From assembly GCA_050951405.1 (NCBI GenBank), contig JBMNIZ010000013.1:101697-165696 (forward strand): DNA of 64,000 bases. Direction: 5' to 3'. Positions 45,913 to 55,432 of this stretch are shown here, one piece after another. This DNA comes from Bacillota bacterium. GTDB taxonomy: Bacteria; Bacillota; DULZ01. The first letter of the stretch is position 1, and each line of letters opens with the position of its first letter. The position numbers and the translations under genes are program-made. The notes under the pieces are model-generated. The model was given only the letters and a program-made list of their open reading frames with translations. It made no database searches and was not told the origin of the DNA.

Positions 45913-46383
45913 TTATTCATTATTTTTTTCTTCCTTGGTTTCACCAATAAGGTTTGGATCAGCTCCTTTCACATTATAGGAATACCCAGCCATAATCATA
46001 AAAACATTAGCTTGCTCGGTTAAGACCCAATTAGATTTAGATAATCCATAATACTGATGAAATTTTTTCATGATATATTCGCTATACGTAAATATCTGTT
46101 CTTTATCATTCCCTTCAAGCAAACCGTATTGTATTAATTTTTCTTGAACATCATTATAAAGGCTTTCAATTTCTTTTTTGCTCATGCCTTGAAATTGAAT
46201 CTTTTTTAAAATTGGCTTTGTGGCATGCCCTTTCTTTACTTGGGCCACTGCCACCAGATTAATCAGAATCCCAAGATAAAACAGCATTCTTGATACATCA
46301 TCAAAACCGAGTTTTTCCAAATAAGCCTCAATTCCATTAACGCGGGAAATCACACCCTTTTGTTGTTTCTCAGACAAACCCAT
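45913..46383 (-). CDS. cas11: Probable internally translated Cas11 small subunit, 156 aa
   Basis: In-frame ATG 46383 preceded by AAGGTGG; C-terminal helical domain with FYLGILI...Q motif. Confidence 0.55.
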   Translation of the reverse strand: MGLSEKQQKGVISRVNGIEAYLEKLGFDDVSRMLFYLGILINLVAVAQVKKGHATKPILKKIQFQGMSKKEIESLYNDVQEKLIQYGLLEGNDKEQIFTYSEYIMKKFHQYYGLSKSNWVLTEQANVFMIMAGYSYNVKGADPNLIGETKEEKNNE

Positions 46384-47967
46384 TAATTCATCCACCTTTC
46401 CATTGGATTTAAAAACCTCCTTATCTAAAACTCCCAAATCCTGACATGCTTTAAATAGTACTAAATACCCAAATATTAAGCGCTTAATAAAAAAGTCTTC
46501 GTTTCCATTAATAAAACGGGTTAGTCCTAGGTTAAAATAGTTATCTATTTCATTTTTGCCTAACTGTTTTAAGCCTTTCTCAAGGCCATCTGCAGCATAA
46601 TCAAACAACACCTTATGACTTATTTTCTCGCCCAACATTATAGCTTTGTAAAAAGATAACACCCGTCCTATGTCAAGTTGCACATTATTTTTATTGGTTT
46701 TTACTGGAATGAGGCGGTAAATGGTGCCAATATTAATATTGTTAATGTGAGGTTTTAAAGCTCTTGAATAATTGGATAATAATCTCATGATTTTTTCAAA
46801 CCTTAAAACAGGAACATCTTCTATCGTTTCCAATATTGTCATTGAAGTACCATCTGTTCTATAAAAAAGGAAATTAACAGCATATTCATCAATATTACTC
46901 TCCAACTTTTCACTCTCAATAGTGCGGATCCAGTTTTCAGCATCACTTTCTGAAAAAGCTAAATCTATATTAGTTTTTAATGTATTAAAGTATTTGTAGT
47001 CAAAATCCCTAAGGACTCCTTCAGGTAATAAAAATACATCTTCCCCAGCAATTTTAGATCTGAACTGTTTTGTTATGTGCTTTTCTCCTAACCGCAAATT
47101 TTTATAGCACTCATTACAAATCGAATACACATTGTCGTAGGCTTTTTTAACAAAATAAGGAGCCGAATTCACTGTGGTAATGGCAAAGATTTTATTAATT
47201 CCCGATCTATCAAATTTTGTAGAATACTCGCTTGAAACATCAGCCCTGATTTCTTTGCATATATGGCAAACCCTTGCATCGCCCCCAGTGCTCTCGCTTT
47301 TCCCTAAGTTATTTTCCCGCTTTACAAGCTCTAAATAATCTGGATGAATTGAAAGAATTATTTTTCTCCCATCTTTAAGCACTACTTTCGGCACTACAAG
47401 AACAAATCTGTTTTTTCTATTCGTGTCTCCAATAAAAAGCCTGATAAAATCCTCAGGATTACACTTTTTCTCACCTACATGGATATTGCCCTTTTCATCT
47501 ACAAATATCCTATCTGTCACATCTTTTATTTTCGAAAGCCTACTAAGTTCTAATTGCCCTAATCCTTTTTTACCAGCTAGTTTAATGTAGCCTTTATCTG
47601 CAAGGTGCTTGAGCAATGTCCCTAATTCCCCATTAGCCATATCATTTTTATCCAATAACATGTGCAAATCACTAAGAGTACTTCTTAGCAAATATTTAAG
47701 TGAAGCTGTATCTCGGGACAGATAATACTGGGTTCCAGCACTGGCGTTGTTACCGAAATAATTGTAAGTATAAACAGAATCCTCAGTCAACTTATCTCCT
47801 AACTCAAAGTAAATACTATCTTCTTGCAAGTCCAATACCAAAAAAACTATAAAAGCCTCTTCGCCCTCTTTAACTTTTTTTAAACCTTTTACCAAAGAAG
47901 CGAATTCATCATCATTTTTGAAAGGAACAGTCCTGCCAATGAAAGCAGTCAACTTAGGTAAGCTCAT
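45913..47967 (-). CDS. cas8b: Cas8b (Csh1-type) large subunit
   Basis: 684 aa, CHIC...CNEC zinc cysteines, position between cas6 and cas7. Confidence 0.88.
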   Translation of the reverse strand: MSLPKLTAFIGRTVPFKNDDEFASLVKGLKKVKEGEEAFIVFLVLDLQEDSIYFELGDKLTEDSVYTYNYFGNNASAGTQYYLSRDTASLKYLLRSTLSDLHMLLDKNDMANGELGTLLKHLADKGYIKLAGKKGLGQLELSRLSKIKDVTDRIFVDEKGNIHVGEKKCNPEDFIRLFIGDTNRKNRFVLVVPKVVLKDGRKIILSIHPDYLELVKRENNLGKSESTGGDARVCHICKEIRADVSSEYSTKFDRSGINKIFAITTVNSAPYFVKKAYDNVYSICNECYKNLRLGEKHITKQFRSKIAGEDVFLLPEGVLRDFDYKYFNTLKTNIDLAFSESDAENWIRTIESEKLESNIDEYAVNFLFYRTDGTSMTILETIEDVPVLRFEKIMRLLSNYSRALKPHINNINIGTIYRLIPVKTNKNNVQLDIGRVLSFYKAIMLGEKISHKVLFDYAADGLEKGLKQLGKNEIDNYFNLGLTRFINGNEDFFIKRLIFGYLVLFKACQDLGVLDKEVFKSNGKVDELMGLSEKQQKGVISRVNGIEAYLEKLGFDDVSRMLFYLGILINLVAVAQVKKGHATKPILKKIQFQGMSKKEIESLYNDVQEKLIQYGLLEGNDKEQIFTYSEYIMKKFHQYYGLSKSNWVLTEQANVFMIMAGYSYNVKGADPNLIGETKEEKNNE

Positions 47968-47984
47968 TTGGAAACACCCCCTTC

Positions 47985-48004
47985 TTAATGTGATTTTAAT
48001 ATGT
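47985..48004 (+). promoter_or_regulatory. PAM (TTA) plus target site of the mini-array guide in the cas8b 5' region
   Basis: TTA-ATGTGATTTTAATATGT matches guide positions 1-5, 7-11, 13-15 and 17. Confidence 0.75.
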
Positions 48005-48018
48005 ACACCCTCACCTAA

Positions 48019-48047
48019 AATATAACAAATACAAACCTTTTTGTCAA
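48019..48047 (-). promoter_or_regulatory. sigA promoter of the cas8b operon
   Basis: TTGACA-N17-TATATT with extended TGn. Confidence 0.8.
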
Positions 48048-48091
48048 TACTTTTATTCTGTATTATTATTGCGTATAATAAGAACGACCCC

Positions 48092-48175
48092 GATTATTCG
48101 ATACCTATTAGGATTTGAAATATGTGTTTTTATTATATCGGGGTCCATTATAGATTACCTACAAGGGTTACTAAT
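48092..48175 (+). ncRNA. crRNA-like regulatory RNA (CreR/CreA-type mini-array)
   Basis: Pseudo-repeat 48092..48121 (21/30 to repeat), 24-nt guide 48122..48145, pseudo-repeat 48146..48175 (17/30); candidate promoter TTGTCA-N17-TATTAT at 48041..48069. Confidence 0.75.
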
Positions 48176-48231
48176 TAAAGATAGCCTTAGAGCAGTTTAT
48201 TCTTGCTATCTACAATATACTGAACGTACCA

Positions 48232-49020
48232 TCAAACTCGGCCTACACATTTTATTATTTGGTTTTCGTCACTATCACTTGCTTTTTCCTTTATTATCTC
48301 TACACATCCAAATCCTTGGGAATTCTTAGAGCCAATTCCTGCATCCACAGCCATTTGCAAAAGCTCTCGTGGACCTTTTAATGCCAACTTTCCGCTATAG
48401 CCTTTGATCACTGTATCTTTATACTTAACCAAACGCATTTGGCCTCTGCCAATTTTTCTTACTGTTAGTCTCCCAGAAGGCGCTTCCGTTCTGTGAAACG
48501 CTCGGTACTTTTTACGCAGATTCTTTTCTAAGAGTAGCTCATGGTCAGTCTCACCGGGTTGAAAGTAGCAGGTATACTTCCTGCCATCCGGTCGGAAAAA
48601 GGTACTGTAAACTACAACCGGTGATAGACACTTGAGCACAACTTGTTCTTTCTGAATGATATACTGTTGTACTGCCATTTTTTCAACTTTGACTTCTTGT
48701 TTGCCTAGCCGCAATTTGCTTTTAATTAAAATCCCGTTGGCTATAGACTGGCAAAACTCATCGAACGGTGAGGAAATAACCAAAGTAATCTTATCTTTAA
48801 ATCTGATCAGGCCATTACTCCTATCGATTTGAAAAGGACCTAAAAGTCGAGAAAAAGTAAAAAGCTTAAAAACTCGACTGCCAGTCTGGTACCCCTTTTC
48901 ATGCAAGAAAGTAGCCAAATCGGGGTCTATAGAATCATAGATCATGGCTTGTACAATATGATTGTACTGTAATGGTACTTCCATACTGCCATCGGTACTT
49001 AGCGTTAAGTAAATATGCAT
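48232..49020 (-). CDS. cas6: Cas6
   Basis: FKLFTFSRL, LSPVVVYST, C-terminal GIGSKNSQGFG loop. Confidence 0.96.
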   Translation of the reverse strand: MHIYLTLSTDGSMEVPLQYNHIVQAMIYDSIDPDLATFLHEKGYQTGSRVFKLFTFSRLLGPFQIDRSNGLIRFKDKITLVISSPFDEFCQSIANGILIKSKLRLGKQEVKVEKMAVQQYIIQKEQVVLKCLSPVVVYSTFFRPDGRKYTCYFQPGETDHELLLEKNLRKKYRAFHRTEAPSGRLTVRKIGRGQMRLVKYKDTVIKGYSGKLALKGPRELLQMAVDAGIGSKNSQGFGCVEIIKEKASDSDENQIIKCVGRV

Positions 49021-49742
49021 AGATTAAACACCTCAGCCACCATATTCCTATTAGATTCGGTATCTTAAAAAATAACTTGGCTAAACTAGCTTCACCTTCA
49101 TATGTCAATATTATAATATTATACGGATGCTTCAGGCGCTTTAGATTAACTTCAATACAATACCAGCTATAAAATTCCTAGCGGGCTACCGCTAAATTGA
49201 TTAGGGTTTTTCATGTCAGATTATTGAGCATATTCCTTTGTGAATTTTCTTTTTTCGGAGGAAATTGAAACCATTTATGTATATTTCAATCATAATCCAA
49301 CCATCTCAGAAAATCGGTCGAGGAATATGTTTTTTATTGCGGGAAATATTGCAGGTTTTGGACAACCAGTTGCAGCTTCTGGTCAACTTCTGTTGAGAAA
49401 TGCTCATTTCCTCGCAAGGGTTGTATGTTTAAGGAAACAAGCTTTTTCAAGAGAGGAATAATACGAGGAAAAGCTCTTGGATAGGGGAAAAATGGATTTT
49501 TCAAAAGCATTCCGCAAAGCTTCCTATAAGGGAGTAATATCTCTTTCTAGAGTGCTGATATGCACACCTCCTTAGACGCAGTTTCCTACTATTCAAAAGA
49601 TCGCCTAGCCATACAGATAATTCCATTATGGTATATTTATACGACCTTTTTAGACAAAATCCTTTTTTTATACGAATTGCCTCATTCTCAATTAACACGA
49701 TCATGCGCCTAACAAAGAAAACCAAAGAAAGATAATAAAAAA

Positions 49743-49770
49743 AACGACAGGGATTAAAACCCTTGTCGTT
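49743..49770 (-). terminator. Terminator after tRNA-Gly
   Basis: aacgacaggg...ccttgtcgtt hairpin with U-tract on the minus strand. Confidence 0.7.
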
Positions 49771-49780
49771 GTTGTCTTTT

Positions 49781-49855
49781 TGGAGCGGAAAACGGGATTC
49801 GAACCCGCGGCCCTCGGCTTGGGAAGCCGATGCTCTACCACTGAGCTACTTCCGC
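49781..49855 (-). tRNA. tRNA-Gly(CCC)
   Basis: GCGGAAGTAGCTCAGTGGTAGAGC...CTTCCCAAG...GGTTCGAATCCC...CCA; TTGACA-N17-TATAAT promoter at 49870..49898. Confidence 0.96.
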
Positions 49856-49900
49856 TCTTCGTAAAATACATTATATTGCTTTTCCGGCCACCTGTCAATG

Positions 49901-51834
49901 CTAAGCGTTTTGCAATGATTTGCCCTCTCCGTAACGTAAAAGCCGCATGGCATTGAAAATAACTATGAGAACACTGGCTTCGTGTACCAGCATACCGGAA
50001 GACAGCACCACCACATGGCCCAACACTCCGGCCAAAAGCACCAGGACCACCGCCACGGCAAAAACCACATTTTGTTTAATATTGCCCAAAGTGGCCCGGC
50101 TAAGACCGATCGCATAAGGCAATTTGTCCAGCCTGTCTGCCATCAGGACCAAGTCTGCCGTTTCCATGGCCACATCGGTTCCGGCGGCACCCATGGCGAT
50201 ACCCACATCGGCAGTGGCCATAGCCGGTGCATCATTGATCCCATCCCCTACCATGGCTACCCGGTGCCCGGCTCTCTGCAGTTCTTTAATGGCTTCCACT
50301 TTGCCCTGGGGCAGCATTTCCGCCCGGAAGTCGTCAAGGCCCAGGCGACGGGCCACCGCCTCCGCAGTGCGTCTGTTATCGCCGGTGAGCATGATGACCT
50401 GCTTGATCCCGATAGATTTAAGACCGGCAACCAGGTGAAACGCTTCCTCCCGGGGAACATCGGCCAGGAAAATGGTACCCAAAATCTCCTGATTTTCTGC
50501 CACCAGCACCGCCGTTTTCCCATCCCTTTCCTCGGCGACCATTGCCTCTTCCACTTGGTCGGTTACCTGAAGCCCGTGCTGGCGGCAAAGTTCCCGGTTG
50601 CCTACCAGAATCTGTTTCCCGGCAATCTCTCCTAAAACTCCCTTACCGGGGATGACTTGGAAATTTTTAACTTCAGGCAATTCTCCCAGATCCGCTGCTT
50701 TTTCCAAAATGGCTTTGGATAGAGGGTGTTCAGAAAGTTTTTCTAAGACGGCTGCTTTCAAAAGCATTTCCTCTTCTGTACCCTGATGGAGCCATACTCC
50801 AGTTACCCGCGGCTCCCCCAAAGTGAGAGTACCGGTTTTATCCATGACGATGGTATCTACTCTTCCGATCTTTTCCAGATGCTCTCCCCCTTTGATCAAA
50901 ACCCCATGTTTCGCCGCATTACCTATCCCGCCACAATAGAGACGGGAGTGGCGATGACCAAGGCTCCCGGGCAGGCAATCACCAGCAAAGTGAGAGCCAT
51001 GATGGCATCCGAAGTGATCAGATAGGTCAAGAGGGAGATCAGGATAATGCCGGGGGTATAGTAACGGGCAAAGTTCTCCAAGATCTGTTGGCTCTTTGCT
51101 TTCTCTTCCTGAGCTTCTTCCACCAGGGCCAGAATGCGGGCAAAGGTAGTATCAGAACCGGTTTTTTCTGTTTTGACCTCAAGGTAGCCTGCTTCCAGGA
51201 TGGTGCTGCTGAAAACACCATCTCCGGGGCTCTTTTCCACCGGCAGGGACTCGCCGGTAATGGAAGACTGGTTGACAAAGGCTTGGCCTCTGACCACCAC
51301 TCCGTCTACGGGAATTTTTTCCCCGGAGCGAATAATGACCATCTGCCCCTTTTCTACTTCATCCGCCGGTATTTCCCGCTCCTCACCATCGATGATTACT
51401 CTGGCTGTCCGAGGAGCCAGTTCCATTAATTTATGTAATGCCTCCCTGGTTTTGTCCAGAGTCCGAGCTTCCAGGTAGCTGCCAAAGGCAAAAAGGAAAG
51501 TTACTACCGCCGCTTCCCAGTATTCGCCGATAATAGTCGCTCCCACTGCAGCCAAGGTTACCAGGGCATTGATGCCTACCACCCGAAAACGAAGAGCCTG
51601 CCAAGCACTGAGAGCAATTTTGTAACCGGCGACTAAAGTGGCGGCGATCATGAAGAAATCCGCCAGAAAGCCGGGGCGGAATTTGCCCAGGAGCCAACCC
51701 AAAACGATGAAAGTGCCTGATACGACAATAATGATGAGTTTTTCCCAGGCCCGCCAAAGATCCCGAATGGCGTCCAGTTGGTTGCAGCCGCCGGCAGCCC
51801 CATAATCACATTGACAATCTATATTCGAATTCAT
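49901..51834 (-). pseudogene. Heavy-metal P1B-type ATPase split by a 1-nt frameshift near 50927
   Basis: TGES and CPGAL in 50923..51834; DKTGTLT, SEHPL, GDGIND in 49901..50899; adding one G restores AGIGNAAKHGVLIKGG. Confidence 0.88.
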
Positions 51835-51875
51835 TTTCTTCCTCCTGCAAACCCGCCAAAAACAAATTCCTTTAC

Positions 51876-52082
51876 TTAAAGGACTTGATAACCTGTTTTG
51901 GCAATGATCTGTTCCAGATCTTCCCTGCTTACCAGGGCAGGATCATAAGTGATTTTGACTTTACCGGTAGTAAAAAAAACCGTAGCCTTCTTCACGCCTT
52001 TTTGCCTTTCCAAAATCTGTCCCAGCTTTTGAGCACAATCGGGGCAAGCCAGTCCTCCCAAACGCAAGCTGATTTCCTCCAT
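51876..52082 (-). CDS. HMA-domain metallochaperone
   Basis: GLACPDC motif, 68 aa. Confidence 0.88.
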   Translation of the reverse strand: MEEISLRLGGLACPDCAQKLGQILERQKGVKKATVFFTTGKVKITYDPALVSREDLEQIIAKTGYQVL

Positions 52083-52121
52083 CCATTGACACCTCCAATC
52101 AAAAGAATTTTTCCAAAACCG

Positions 52122-52382
52122 TCAGTTTTCTTTTGCCGCCATAATCCAGTCCCTCAATTCCTGTCCGGAAGGGACACGTCCTTTGGCTTTCACTTCTCCG
52201 TTGATGGCTACTGCCGGTAGAGCATAAACCTCATAGCGGGACATTTCCTCCACATCATCCACCTTGATCACCTGAGCAGCCACGCCCAAATCCGCCAGCA
52301 CGTTAAAAATATCCCTTTCCAAGCCCTGGCAAACCGGGCAGCTATTAGATCCAAAGAGCCTAATTTCCATGGTTTTCACCAC
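52122..52382 (-). CDS. Small thioredoxin-like redox-active disulfide protein
   Basis: GSNSCPVC and PAVAINGEVKAKGRVP motifs. Confidence 0.85.
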   Translation of the reverse strand: MVKTMEIRLFGSNSCPVCQGLERDIFNVLADLGVAAQVIKVDDVEEMSRYEVYALPAVAINGEVKAKGRVPSGQELRDWIMAAKEN

Positions 52383-52566
52383 CTTCTTTGTTTACTATTG
52401 CTTAGCATGAGTCAGAAATCCGGAAGTAATTCCCGTCGGATAATGGAAGACAAAAAAGTCCAACATCGCCCGGCAGGAAATCATACGCCCGAAAAACCTT
52501 TTCTTTTTGTTGGCTTCAGTATAAGAAAAAAAGAACAATATTACCGTGACTTAAGGAGCTTTTTAG

Positions 52567-52582
52567 TGTGATCTCAATCACA
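52567..52582. promoter_or_regulatory. Crp/Fnr-family operator
   Basis: Perfect TGTGA-N6-TCACA upstream of the thioredoxin-HMA-ATPase operon. Confidence 0.55.
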
Positions 52583-52828
52583 TTTATTGTCTTCTCTTCC
52601 CTATTGAACAATCCTTACAATCAATTCCCCTTTCCTGCAGCAAGGGAAGTTCCTACTGCCGGGCAGATGGCAGGTGGAAAAGTAAAGACTCAATTTGCCG
52701 GAAAAGACTAGAAACTGATGTTCATTTTCCGCAATAAAGAAAAGGCGCTTTTTACAGTCCCATTCAAAAACTGCAAAAAGCGCTTTCCTTTATTATCAAA
52801 CACCCAAGAAAGCAGCTAATAAACCAGA

Positions 52829-52904
<76 letters not shown>

Positions 52905-52913
52905 CTTTAAAAA

Positions 52914-52990
52914 TGGCGGAGCTGACGGGAGTCGAACCCGCGATCTCCGGCGTGACAGGCCGGCATGTTAGACCACTACACTACAGCTCC
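52914..52990 (-). tRNA. tRNA-Asp(GTC)
   Basis: Cloverleaf, anticodon loop CTGTCAC, encoded CCA. Confidence 0.96.
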
Positions 52991-53032
52991 GCATGTTCAG
53001 AGGGCCGGTCCTATAACCGGCCCTAAATAAAA

Positions 53033-53108
53033 TGGTGACCCGTAGGGGAGTCGAACCCCTGTTACCAGCGTGAAAGGCTGGTGTCTTAGACCACTTGACC
53101 AACGGGCC
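53033..53108 (-). tRNA. tRNA-Glu(TTC)
   Basis: Cloverleaf, anticodon loop CTTTCAC, encoded CCA. Confidence 0.96.
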
Positions 53109-53143
53109 TCGTTTAGGTCGGTATGCTCCGACCGAAATTCACC

Positions 53144-53219
53144 TGGTGAGCCATGAAGGACTCGAACCTTCGACACCCTGATTAAAAGTCAGGTGCTCTA
53201 CCACCTGAGCTAATGGCTC
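53144..53219 (-). tRNA. tRNA-Lys(TTT)
   Basis: Cloverleaf, anticodon loop CTTTTAA, encoded CCA; promoter TTGACA-N17-TAAAAT at 53237..53265. Confidence 0.96.
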
Positions 53220-53290
53220 CCGCCCCACAAGTATGTATTTTACACGAAAAACAGTTCACTGTCAATTGTTTTTTTCGGCACATTTTTGCG

Positions 53291-54508
53291 GGGGAATTGC
53301 AAGTTTAATTGCCACCCATATTTTGGCATCCTCTGATTGATTATACTGCCATCTTTGCCATCTCATTGGCAGATTTATATCCATGAATTTTTCTTGGGTA
53401 ATTATTCATCCAGTTCTCAATTCGCCTAATATCTTTCTGTTTAAGCTTGCTGATATCTGTGCCCTTTGGAATAAACCGACGTATTAGCTTATTAGCATTT
53501 TCATTGGACCCACGTTCCCATGCGCTGAATGGGTGAGCATAATAGATTTTAGTCCGATGAGTGCCCGGCTTTCTGATTGAACTCTCTAATTATACACTAT
53601 TAAGAAACTCGCTTCCGTTATCTACCGTAATGGTTTTGAACACTTCTGAAAAGCGTGCTCCGTACTCTCTTTCAAGCCTATCCAGCGTTTTCTTCACTGA
53701 TTTCTGTGTCTTTTCCGGCATCTTTCGGATAATCTCTTTTCTAAACTTGCGTTCTGTTAGAACTAAGAGTGCGGCTTTGCCTTTCCCTTTGCCGCTTACA
53801 ACACAATCCATCTCCCAATGGCCGGCTTCTTCACGAGTATTAGCTGCCGCAGGTCTTTCTTCAATGCTTCTACCTTTTAGATTGTTGTGGGCAACTCGTA
53901 CCCTCTTATGGCGATTTTTTTTAGGTACTCGTTTTACTGGAAGGTTTTTATTTGTTATATTTGCAAATACTTCTTTGTCGATATAGTTATAGAGCGTTTT
54001 TGTGCATATACTAGTCTTAAATTTTAAGCCTTTTGCCCGGATTTCGCCAATGACTGCGTCAGGGGTATATCCCTCTTTGATAATCTTTTTTTCAATGTAA
54101 TCGGCTAGTCCATGGTCATGACCGATCTTTAAGCATGCTCCCTTATTAGCAGCTCTCTCCCGGTATATTCGCTCTGCTGTATCTGCACAGTATCTATCAA
54201 CATAAACCAGGTCGCTTCTCAGCATCCTGACAGTTCCACGGGCAATCTCACGTTCGATGGTTCGCTTATGCTTGCCTAACAGCTTTGCTATCTCGCTGGG
54301 TGACTTCTTCTCCTTTAGAAGAATTTCAATCTGATAGCGTTCTTTTACAGTGATGTGTTTAAAGCGGCGGGAAGTCGTGGTACAATTGAGTTGACTCATG
54401 TGCTTTGCCTCCTTTATGTTTTTAAGCGTAGTTACCTTAAACATATCAGAGGTTTAGCCTTGAGTCTCTATTTTTTATTAAATGCGGCAATTAATTTTAC
54501 AACTTACC
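53291..54508 (-). mobile_element. IS30-family element, copy 1 (transposase has a nonsense codon)
   Basis: IRs GGGGAATTGCAAGTTTAATTGCC / GGCAATTAATTTTACAACTTACC; 14-bp duplication GGCACATTTTTGCG; GAA to TAA at 53590..53592 relative to copy 2. Confidence 0.92.
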
Positions 54509-54562
54509 GGCACATTTTTGCGGGGGTTAATTGCCAGTTTAATAGCCAACCAACAAAAGCCG

Positions 54563-55261
54563 CTAACCGGTAAGCCCTTTCTCTACAAAAACCAAATGCT
54601 GATACATCTCTTTTTTCGCCCGGTCAGGGCTTTTGGCCCGTATGGCCAAATAAATCTCCCGGTGCTGCTGATAGAGAATTTCGCTGTTGCCGGGAGTGCG
54701 AAAAAGCTTTTCCCGGCTGGTGCGCAGGGTTTGACGCATCGTATCCGCAATAGTATTCATCAACCGCATCAATAAAGAATTATGAGCCGCCTCCGCTATG
54801 GCAAAATGAAACTCAAAATCCGCTTCTTCCCCTAAAAGACCCATGGCCAGATCCTCTTCCATTTTTTTGATCACTTCAAACATGCGCTCCACATCTTCCT
54901 CAGTGGCCCGCAAGGCTGCTAAACCGGCAGCTTCCACTTCCAATATTTTTCTTAATTCTAATAATTCAAAAACCTGATCCTTTTCCATGAGCAGGAGCAG
55001 GGCCAGAGGCTCGATGATACTGCTTACTCCTTTCTGCCTGATGAAAGTACCTTCACCGGGTTTGATTTCAATCAAACCCATGGCTTCCAAGGCACTCAGA
55101 GCTTCCCGCACTGAGGCCCTGCTCACCTGTAAACGCTCGGCGAATTCCCTTTCCGAAAGTAATTTATCCCCGGGCTTTAAATCCCCCTGGGCAAAAAGTT
55201 CTTTGATTTGCTCGACGATTTCTTCATAAATCTTCTTCGTCTTGATCGGCTTAATGTCCAT
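54563..55261 (-). CDS. FadR/GntR family regulator (LutR/PdhR-like)
   Basis: LKPGDKLLSERE...VSRASVREAL HTH plus FCD domain; probable start ATG 55261 (track: 55300). Confidence 0.92.
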   Translation of the reverse strand: MDIKPIKTKKIYEEIVEQIKELFAQGDLKPGDKLLSEREFAERLQVSRASVREALSALEAMGLIEIKPGEGTFIRQKGVSSIIEPLALLLLMEKDQVFELLELRKILEVEAAGLAALRATEEDVERMFEVIKKMEEDLAMGLLGEEADFEFHFAIAEAAHNSLLMRLMNTIADTMRQTLRTSREKLFRTPGNSEILYQQHREIYLAIRAKSPDRAKKEMYQHLVFVEKGLTG

Positions 55262-55432
55262 ACATCCCACCCTTTTATTGTTATCCCCATCTCCTGCCAA
55301 ATTTGATTCCGGCCAGGCCTAATCCCTGGCAACTGCCGGCGTCGGGTTGAAAGGCCATATTTTTTCGGCATCCCTATCCTTCTCTCCTGCCAAAATGGAT
55401 TTGAATTGAAGGCCCACCGGGAGACGCCCGGA

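Noticed and set aside
47968-48231. CreT-type toxin RNA next to the mini-array
   Set aside because: No clear SD-AUG-rare-codon-stop module found; the guide target lies in the cas8b leader, which favours plain cas autorepression
48069-48329. 86-aa plus-strand ORF over the mini-array
   Set aside because: TTG start without RBS, overlaps cas6 antisense; better explained by the RNA element
49240-49898. Short ORFs between cas6 and the ATPase
   Set aside because: No convincing RBS or motifs; one overlaps tRNA-Gly
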